Of a stretch of DNA of 64,000 bases, positions 42,801-53,600 are shown one piece after another. A program made the position numbers and the translations under genes. The DNA comes from Paraspadella gotoi (taxonomy: Eukaryota; Animalia; Chaetognatha). Below the pieces are notes generated by a model that worked only from the letters and a program-made list of their open reading frames with translations, was not told the DNA's origin and ran no database searches. The stretch is from positions 20,033,590 through 20,097,589 of the forward strand of contig CM119264.1 of NCBI GenBank assembly GCA_051294375.1, written 5' to 3'. Each line of letters starts with the position of its first letter. Position 1 is the first letter of the stretch.

Positions 42801-45800
42801 AAATTTAAAAACCACTCTAGGGCATGTACGAAGGTCTCCCCTAATGATTCGAAGTAGTTTCCCGAAGGATAGGAATGGCTGAAGAAGACTCGTATGTGAG
42901 TCGAAACATGTCCGTTTCACTTAAAATAAAAGCGTTGTTTTCCCTCTTATCAAAACTTTGTTCATTAATTAATAATAATTAATTAAATAATAATCATAAT
43001 AATAATTAATTAAATAATAATGATTTTAATTTTATAATAGGACTGAATAAAACAATTATTTCTCAACAGCATAAAATTATTTAATGCATTCAAATACTTC
43101 CAAAAAAATTTGTCTCCAACTGTTTTCACCTCTTTTTGATCAAGAGGATTATTGATATTATTATTAATATTATATCATAATATTTTTTATCAGATCTAGG
43201 GCAAAAAATGATCCTTAGCAAGCAGTAAAAAAGATTTATCCCCTATAAAATAAACCAGGCTTGAATTGTTGCTGCATAATGTGATGATGCAATCTTGATT
43301 TTTTTTTGTCTTGTTTGATATTTGGTTCTGATAATACATCCAGAAGTAAATAAAAATGATAATTTTGCTCCTAGAAAGCTTACCCGGAGCCCTATAACTT
43401 TTATTGATACTTTATAATATAAAAAAACGCTAAGTGATTGCGACGATAAAAATATTCTGGAGCATCTACAGCATTAATGTATTTCTAATACTGCTCTTAA
43501 CATATGACATATGAATTAAGATTCATCTCTGAATCTATCCTAATGAAGATGATGCAATAACCAATTGACATGAGACTGAGAAAAGGCAGGAATTTTTAAT
43601 AGTAACAGTTTAACTCAAAAAGGGAATCGGAAATTAGTATAAATAAAAAGTAGATATAAAAAAGATTTAAAAAAAGGAAGCATTTTTGGACAACTCATTT
43701 TTTTTACATAGAACTCATGTATATTTTGTTGTATATAAATAAAACATATTTCATATTAATCACAAAAGCCCAGTTTCTCGATATCTAAATTTTATTTTTT
43801 GATTCTTACATTAAAATGCCAAAAAATAGCTGAAAAGTAACCGCGACAATTTTTTTTTTCCATCATGGTAACGGACATGATTCAACTATTTTTACCAGTC
43901 TAAAATGAATTTAAAATTTCTCTCTCTCTCTCTCACTTTTATGAAATGTTTGGCAAAAAATTCTTAAATTCACCTTGCTCGAAAAAAGAATCGAAACATG
44001 TCCGTTTATTAAGAGGAAGGGTCATAAAGCTTAACAATGAGTAGAGTACACTTCAATATAATACAACTAAAAAATGAAGAAACTTTTTCGAAATTATTCT
44101 CATGATATGGTTGTTAAAAAATTCTAGATAAAATGTTCAAATATGGTAAATTTAAATTTTGACGAGGAGAGCACAGAAATTAATCTTGTTACTTCGTTGG
44201 TTTCCACTAGTTAAAAAGAATGATAATCAAAAAGAGTCGCAGCCTGCATGTCTTTCTATTAATTTTTTCGAATTACCCCGTGAGCAAAATCTAGTTACAC
44301 GAAAGAAAAATCATTGCCATGGTTTACTGCATCGAGATAAACGTAAGCTTTTTTTAAATAAATATGAAATGTTTGAGGTTTTTTCTGTTACAATTTTTTT
44401 AAATTGATCTTTATTAATAACTGGAAACTGAAATTTTTTTTGCAAATATGTCAAAGTCGTCAAATTGATGGCTCATCGCATCTCTTAATAATAAAACGAT
44501 TTTGAATAATTTTTAATAAATAAATAAATTTTTAATTTTTAATTCAGTTCTCCAGCTCCAGCTCAAACTCCATTTCCGGCAAAAAAGTTTTATTACTTTT
44601 ATTTTACTCTATTTTTCATTTGTATTTTAGAGCCTCCTGGTATTCCACGTGGTCCTATTAATATTAGAGATGTAACCAGCCAATCTTGCGTGATTTCATG
44701 GTCAACGCCACTTGACTTAGGAAATTCTCCTCTTTTGGGTAAGCATAAAAAGGTATATGTATTATTATATTATTTTACAATCCAGCATTAAATTATTAAA
44801 CTGCTAAATAATATTTTGTTAATTATTTTTAATTTGACCTAATAAAAATTACTATAATAATGTATTTATTTAATAATAACGATATTTAATTTTTTTTAAA
44901 GTTTTATCCCAATTATCTTCAAATTTTACAAAATATTTTAACACTTTTTCAAGTGTTTAGAAATCTGTTTAAAAATAAAAAGTTTTGAATGTTTACTATA
45001 CTTTATATCATTTAATAATACAATGCCTCGGTATATCAACAATACTATGAATAAATATAAAAAGTTTTATTCAAAAAGAATTAATAATAATATTGTGGAA
45101 GACGATGCACACAAGGTCCCGAACTTCGGATCGGGCTGTAGTCTGACACTACAGGTGGGTTAGACGCCCAGACCCGCTTTTGCTTGTGTGAATCAGCAGG
45201 GCGCGAACCCGAGTCCTTTGGGTCGGGAGGAACTCGTGCTACCTCCGGCGCCATAGGTGCTGCTGATTCTCGGATGAGTAGTGGGGTATGAAATACTACC
45301 ACTACAATATGTAGTGTTTGGTAAAGTGAAAAGTGATAAATTTTGTTATGACCTTATAAATTACGTTGTTTTTATCCAAGGAGAGCGGTTATTTTTCAGT
45401 TACTTTTTAAGTTACTTTTAAAGATTCTTGGAACGCCTGTTTTTCAGGTTATAATGTTGAAGTAAGAAATACAAAAAATAAAGAATGGTATCACCGCGGA
45501 TTTTCAAGGGGCTACTTTAACTCGCTAATGGTCGATAGTCTTGCTGATGGTCAATCATATGAATTCAGAATATCTGCTGAAAATAAAATTGGGATCTCAG
45601 CCCCATTATATTCCGAAACATGTGTAACTACAAGGAGGTAATTAAATTAAGCAACAGATTAAAAGAGTCTATTTATGTTTTTGAGTGATATTTTATTTTC
45701 AATATTTATTTTGTTGTTGTATATCATTTCAGCAATTTACAACTTCCTCTTCCACCACCTGGAACGTTGCAAGTTTCGAATATAACTCATGATTCTGTTA

Positions 45801-46889
45801 CTTTACAGGTATAATAATAGCTTCAAAATGGTGTATAAATAGGCATAATATCAATTGTCCTTTTTAGTGGCTGTCTCCAATAGATTTAGATGGTCCTCCT
45901 ATCTCTGCATACGTTGTAGAAAAAAGAGAGGTAAGTTGATTAAAAGTGTTTACCAAATATTCAATATTGGGATTTTAGTCACCTTTTTATTCTAATTCAT
46001 TTCAGCATGTTTCCAATTATTCAAAGTTTGAGTTAATAATACATAGCAGTTTAATCTTCTCATCCAATAATTCTGATATATTCACATAGGTACACCAATC
46101 CACATGGGTGACTATTGCAAGATTACCCCCAAATGAAACAAAATTTATAGCTGGAAATCTTCAGGTTTAACTTTATAATTTAAAATTCCAAATAATAGTT
46201 TTTTACTTTTGGTTTTGCTTTTCAGGAGGGAATGGAATATTATTTTTCCGTCATTGTCGAGAATTCGGATGGACAAAGTGAACCTTTATTAACAGAAAAA
46301 AGGATTAAGCCTATTAAACCTTTAGGTAATGTTATAAGAATTCTCAAAAAATTTAAAGAATTGTACAAGGTGACACACCGTAACCCGCCGTTAAAAAAAA
46401 TCGTCGTTTGCAAACCTGTTTTTTTTCTGTAGTAAAAACCAAAGTCATTTATATATCCTAATTTCATATTGATTGGTTATGATTTTACTTGGCAATGAGC
46501 GGAGAAAAGTTGCCTTAAAAATCGTCTTTCATTTTAAAACTCAAATCTTTTTTTTTTCAATATTTTTATCTAACTTTCGGACTATTTTTTAAGGAACTTT
46601 TAAATATAAAGGAACTTTTAAATATAAACTTATTAATATCTTCTGAAAGCTCTTGAAAATTTAAAGAGATTGATATCTTCAAAAATTTTGTTACATAGAA
46701 ATAAGCATAACTAGCTTTAATTTAATCAAGGTAATCAAAATTAGAATAATAAACATGTAAAATATATTTTTAGTCGGATCTGCTTATCAGCAGATCCCGA
46801 CGGGTCCGCCCCTCAAATATTGTCGGGCACACACTTATATCATGTCAGAACATCGAATTATGATTAATTATGCAAAAAAAAACGATGTC

Positions 46890-46932
<43 letters not shown>

Positions 46933-49900
46933 GTCTGTCTGTCTGTCGTCTGTCTGTCGTCGTCCGTCCGTCCCTCCGTCCGTCCACCTTAGCAAAAAAC
47001 TCCAATTACTCGTGATTGGATGGATGGATTGGTATGAATTTTTGTGTGTGGGGTAGGAAACTGTGTGATTTAGATGGATATGAAGTTTCGAGGAATCGTG
47101 CGAGTGGAAATTGGTTTAAATGGAAAAAACAAAAAAATATATTTCACTATTTGAACGCCAATTGCTCATGAGTGGATAGGGCAATTGACTTGAAATTTTG
47201 TATGATGGTAGGAAAGTGTGTGATTGAGCTGGATATAAAGTTTCGATGGAATCGTGAGAGTGGAAATGAGTTAAAATGGAAAAAACAAAAGTCATATTTA
47301 CTTGAAGTATTTTTACTTAAATTTACTCATAATTATTATGTTTATTAAAAATTGGATAGATAAATCGAAATTGAATTTTGTGTGTGGGTAGGAAAGTATG
47401 TGATAAAGCTGGATATAATTTTTTTGATGGAATCGTAGGAGTGGAAAAGAGTTCAAATTAGAAAACCAAAAGACACATTTATTTGAATTTTTTAAAGTTT
47501 CTCTCTCTCTATCTCTCTCTGATTGATTGATTGATTGATTGATTGAACCAAATTATGCCAATTGACAAAAATATGCCAGTTGACCAAATTCTTAAAGTTG
47601 ACCAAATTCTGCAAGTTGATCAAGTTCTTGCAAGTTGACCAAATTATGCCTGTTGACCAAATTATGCCAGTTGATAAAATTATGCCAGTTGACCAAATTA
47701 TGCCGGTTGACAAAATTATGTTAATTGATCAAATTATGTCAGTTGACCAAATTATGTCAGTAGACCAAATTATGTCAGTTAACCAAATTATGTCAGTTGA
47801 CCAAATTATGCAAGTTGATTAAATTATGCAAGTTGACCAAGTTAGCTTATTACCACTTAATTATCGATTGACCTGGAATTTGTGTATGTAGAAAAAGTGT
47901 GTGATTGAACAGGAAACCAAGTTTCGATGAAATCTTTTGAGTGGAAATGAGTTTAAATGGAAAAAAAAACAAAAAACCTGTTTCACTTATTGATTATGAT
48001 TCTTTTTCCTTTTATATTAAATGTATATGCAGGATGTATTAATAAATCAAATAATTAATCAGTTAATTAATCAATTAGTAAATAAATTAATCAATAATTA
48101 ATTAATTAGTCAATCAATCCGTCCATCCGTCCACCTTAGCAAAAAGCTCCAATAACTCGTGATTGGCTGGTTGGATTGGAATGGAATTTTGTGTGTGGGT
48201 AGGAAAGTGTGTGATAAAGCTGGATATAAAGTTTCGACGGAATCGTGTGAGTGGAAAAGAGTTTAAGTGGAAAAAACATAAGTCGCATTTACTAAAATAT
48301 TTTTACTTATTTCAACTAATAAGTACTCTAATTAATCATAATTGGATGGATAGATTGAGTTCAAATTTTTTGTGTGGGTAGAAAAATGTGTAACGACGCT
48401 TGATATAAAGTTTCGGTGGAAACGTACGAGTGGAAATGAGTTTAAAATGAAAAAAAATGAGTCACATTTACTTTAATATTTTTTACTTATTTTAACCCAT
48501 ATAGATTGAGATGAAATTTTGTGAGCGGGTAGAAAAGTGTGTGAAGAAGCTAGATATAAAGTTTTGGACGGAATGCAAGTTGAAAAAATTATGCAAGTTG
48601 AAAAAATGATGCAAGTTAAAAAAATCTAAAAGTATAAGGATCGTCGCAATTGCATAAAAAGAGAGAGAGAGAGAAAGAGAGAGAGTGAAGAGGAGAGAGT
48701 GAGAGAGAGAGAGTGAGAGAGAGAGAAGGAGACATAAAATAAAATAGAGGATATTGTTTGTTTTGACAAAATGTAAACAAAACATTTAATAACTGTCCTG
48801 ACTCAATTTAAGGACATCGATGATGACAAGCTGAATATAAATTATAATTAATTATTAAAACTAATTAATTAATTAATCGATTAATTAATTAATTATCGTA
48901 GGCAGATCCGACATTGTTTGCTTAAACTTGTTTAAAAATGTTCAGAGAGTTAGAAAAAACAAGTTTGAGCAAACAATGTCGGATCTGCAATTGCGACGAT
49001 CTTTATGCTTTTAAGATTTTTTAACTTGCATAATTTTTCACATTAATTAATTAATTAATTAACTAATTAATTAATTTAAACATTTATTAGTAATCATTAA
49101 TATTAAAGATTCAAGTAAATGTGACTTATGTTTTTTCCATCTAAACTCATTTCCACTGGCACAATTCCGTCAAAACTTTATATAGTTATTATATATTAAT
49201 AAATATTTAAAAGCTTCAGTGCAACAATCCAATGAACTAAATCAAAAAGTTACATTGAAAATCGATTTAGTAGTAAAAGGAAAAAAAAATTTAAAGAGAA
49301 CTAGGAGTTATAAAAAGTGTTCAATTTGTGGCCCGCCTTACTAGATATTAGGCCGGAACAGGTTGAAAACTAGAAGTTCTCTCAAATGGTTAATGGTTAA
49401 TGGTTAAGCGACTATTAAATAATATGAAAATGAAAATAATTTTTAAAATTTGCTTATCAATTTTTTATAGATTCTGATAGAGCTTTAAAAGTTAGATAAA
49501 GGTTATTAGTACAACTTTTTTTTGTTTATTAATGAAAAATTTAAAAAAATAAAATTCAGCCAATAATGATGATGATGATAATTTTTTAAGGTTTTTTCTA
49601 TTTTTAACCAATTTATTGTCAAAATTTGAAAAATTATAGTACTAACTTTCATTTAACTTTTAAAGCTCTACAAGAATCCGTTCTTAAAAAATCAATTTTT
49701 AAAATTTTTTTTATCATTTGTTATATATTAATAAATATTTAAAAGCTTCAGTGCAACAACCCAATGAACTAATTCAAAAAGTTACATTGAAAATCGATTT
49801 AGTAGTAGAAGGAAAAGAAATTTTTTTGAGAGAACTAGAAGTTATAAAAAGTGTTCAATTTTGGCCCACCTTACTAGATATATTGCATGTGATTAAACAA

Positions 49901-50005
49901 TGTTATCGGAATAATAATTTTATCAATTTTATGTATTTTGTAAGTATTTTAATTATTTTTATTCAGTGAGTAAAATAACTTTTTTATTCGCTAATTTTTA
50001 TTTCG

Positions 50006-50045
<40 letters not shown>

Positions 50046-50598
50046 CAATTGCAACGATCCTTATGCTCATTTTTTCTGCTCTCTCTCGAAGAGAAAAGGC
50101 CGAGACCGACGGAGACGCGCAGATCTGACCCATTCGACCGATTGACCGATCGACGGACGGACTGACCTGACTCTTTCTCCACTCTTTTCTCTCCTCTCTC
50201 TATTTCTCTCTCTCTCTCTCTCTCCAAACTTTACTAGGACGAGCTCAAACAAAACAGATTTAGATTCACTGGATCACATTTTAGAGAGACCGTCAACTAC
50301 TTTCTTACAAAGTTTCTATTACTTTTTACTGGAGATTCTTCTACGATTTATTTGATTCTTCTACGCGATTATTGATCCTTCTCGATTTGATCTCGATTTT
50401 CTCCACGGATTTTATTTACATTTATTACATTTATTTACGTTTTATTCACGCATTATTCTTTTCCGACTTTTCGAGCTTCAGTTATAAAACCTTTTGGATA
50501 CTTTTCGTCAGATAAGTTACAACCAAGTGGACCATCCTCCTCAAGAGGCTCTCTCTCTCTTTCTTTGCAATTGCGACGATCCTATGCTCATTTTTCTG

Positions 50599-50640
<42 letters not shown>

Positions 50641-53600
50641 TAATAAAGATTCAAGTAAATGTAACTTATGTTTTTTTCCATTTAAACTCATTTCCACTGG
50701 CACAATTCGTCAAAACTTTATATCTAGCTTCTTCACACACTTTCCTACCCGCTCACAAAATTTCATTTCAATCTATTATTGGTTAAAATAAGTAAAAAGA
50801 TTCAAGTAAATGTGACTCATATTTTTTTCATTTAAACTTATTTCCACTCGTACGTTTCCACCGAAACTTTATATCAAGCATCGATACACATTTTTCTACC
50901 CACACAAAATTTTGAACTCAATCTATCCATCCAATTATAATTAATTACTAATTAGAGTACTTATTGGTTAAAATAATTAAAAATATTTAGTAAATGCGAC
51001 TTATGTTTTTTCCTCTTAAACTCACAGATTCCGTCGAAACTTTATATCCAGCTTTATCACACACTTTCCTACCCACACACAAAATTTCTTTCCAATCCAA
51101 CACACATCACGAGTTATTGGAGCTTTTTGCTAAGGTGGGACGGATTAATTATTATTGATTAATTAATTGACTAATTGATTAATTAACTGATTAATTATTT
51201 GATTTATTAATACATCCTGGATATACATTTAATATAAAAGGAAAAAGAATTATAATCAATTAGTGAAACAGGTTTTTTTGTGTTTTTTCCATTTAAACTC
51301 ATTTCCACTCAAAAGATTCCATCAAAAACTTGGTTTCCTGTTCAATCACACACTTTTCTACTCACATACAAAATTCCAGGTCAATCGATAATTAAGTGGT
51401 AATAAGCTAACTTGGTCAACTTGCATAATTTAATCAATTGGCATAATTTTATCAACTGGCAAATTTTATCAACTGGCCTAATTTTATCAACTGGCCTAAT
51501 TTGGTCAACTGGCCTAATTTGAACAACTTGCAGAACTTGATCAACTTGCAGAATTGGTCAACTGGCATAATTTGGTCAACTTTAAGAATTTGGTCAACTG
51601 GCATATTTTTGTCAATTGGCATAATTTGGTCAATCAATCAATCAATCAATCAATCAGAGAAGAGATAGAGAGAAACTTTAAAAAATTCAAATAAATGTGT
51701 CTTTTGGTTTTCTAATTTGAACTCTTTTCCACTCCTACGATTCCATCAAAAAATTTATATCCAGCTTTATCACATACTTTCCTACCCACACACAAATTCC
51801 ATTTCGATTTATCTATCCAATTTTTAATAAACATAATAATTATGAGTAAATTTAAGTAAAAATACTTCAAGTAAATATGACTTTTGTTTTTTCCATTTTA
51901 ACTCATTTCCACTCGCACGATTCCATCGAAACTTTATATCCAGCTCAATCACACACTTCCACCCATCATACAAAATTTCAAGTCAATTGCCCTATCCACT
52001 CATGAGCAATTGGCGTTCAAATAGTGAAATATATTTTTTGTTTTTTCCATTTAAACCAATTTCCACTCGCACGATTCCCTCGAAACTTCATATCCATCTC
52101 AATCACACAGTTTCCTACCCACACACAAAATTTCATACCAATCCATCCATACAATCACGAGTAATTGGAGTTTTTTGCTAAGGTGGGACGGACGGACGGA
52201 CGGACGGACGGACGGACGGACAGACGGACGGACATCGTTTTTTTTTGCATAATTTATCATAATTCGATGTTCTGACATGATATAAGTGTGTGCCCGACAA
52301 TATTGAGGGGCGGACCGACGGACCGACAAAGTGAGTTATAGAGTCGGGATCCTGCTGATAAGCAGATCCGACTAAAAAAAGAGAGACAGGAAAGAGAGAG
52401 ACAGAAAAAACAAGTTTGAGCAAACAATATCGGATCTGCCTACGATAATTTAGCGGTAAGCAGCTAACCAGATAACTAGATCAAAATATTATAAATCATA
52501 ACAGATTTTTAAATTAATCAATATTGAGAAAGGTTTATTATTTTGCCAATACAGCGATTTTTAAAATTTCTTCAAAAAAATGTTGGCCTTTCCTATCTAT
52601 AAATACAAATTAAAAAATTATTTACTAGGGTATAGACTCAGAACCAGCTTAAGTTAAAGGGTCAAACGTTATGCTTTCAGCTTTTTACCCACCCCCCTGG
52701 TCACTTGGTCCCCTTAAAGATTCATATTATGCGAGGAAGACTTTTGCCAGCATTGCCTACATCCTAGAAATCGCTCACCAGCTGGTCAATGGAACCACTC
52801 TGGTCTGACTCATAAGGAATTCTGTAATAAAAGAATTGACTGGGTACAGTAATTTCAAATTACTCCAAAAAACAACAACACTTGAAAATCCGCGAGTCCC
52901 ACCAAATCCGTCGCCAGGACAGCGGACAAGGACACGGCCTCACGACGACTGGGGAGCCTACATACGCACCTCTGCTTGCAATCCCGTTATTCATTCAATG
53001 CTATAACTTTGTGAATATGTTACTATGGGGAGCACCCTTTATTGGGTCTTTTAAATCTCTCTGATTTGACCATATTCTCTCACCTTTTCTCTGTATCCCT
53101 CTCACTCTCTTTCTATGTCTCTCTCTCTCTCCCTTTTCTAATTAAATCTATCAATTTTCCCTCATTCCACTGATAAAGTTATGTGAAATACATGACGAAA
53201 TATTTAGAAAACAGTAACCTTAAACCTTATAATGAGATTACTTAAATTTATAAAAAAATTTAAATAACAATTTTAGGTGTACCAGGAAAACCACAAGGTC
53301 CTCTCAAAATATTGACAAAAACCGCAAATTCCATCGCTATCTGTTGGGGTCCACCTTTAGATGATGGAGGAAAAAGTTTAACTGAATATTTCATACAATA
53401 TTCTCTCTTCAGGGTAACAGGTATGGAAGTTACCATTTAAGTGTGTAATCAAAATTAAGCAATTAATTCTTAAAAACTATTCTATCAGTGAATATTAATT
53501 TGTACTGTATTCATTTTTCTTTTTAAAAAAATTTTGTAACATTGACCAAATTTTGTATGCACGACTACCATTGTATATTGCTAAAATTTAAAAAACGTGA

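Noticed and set aside
45612-45625. ccgaaacatgtg resembling the hammerhead core
   Set aside because: Lies in coding exon 23, lacks CUGANGA and stem II; coincidence.
47492-47822. Repetitive peptides (QIMSVD, TKLCQL; also HNFFNL at 56016 and 25329-25580)
   Set aside because: 18-bp minisatellite translations.
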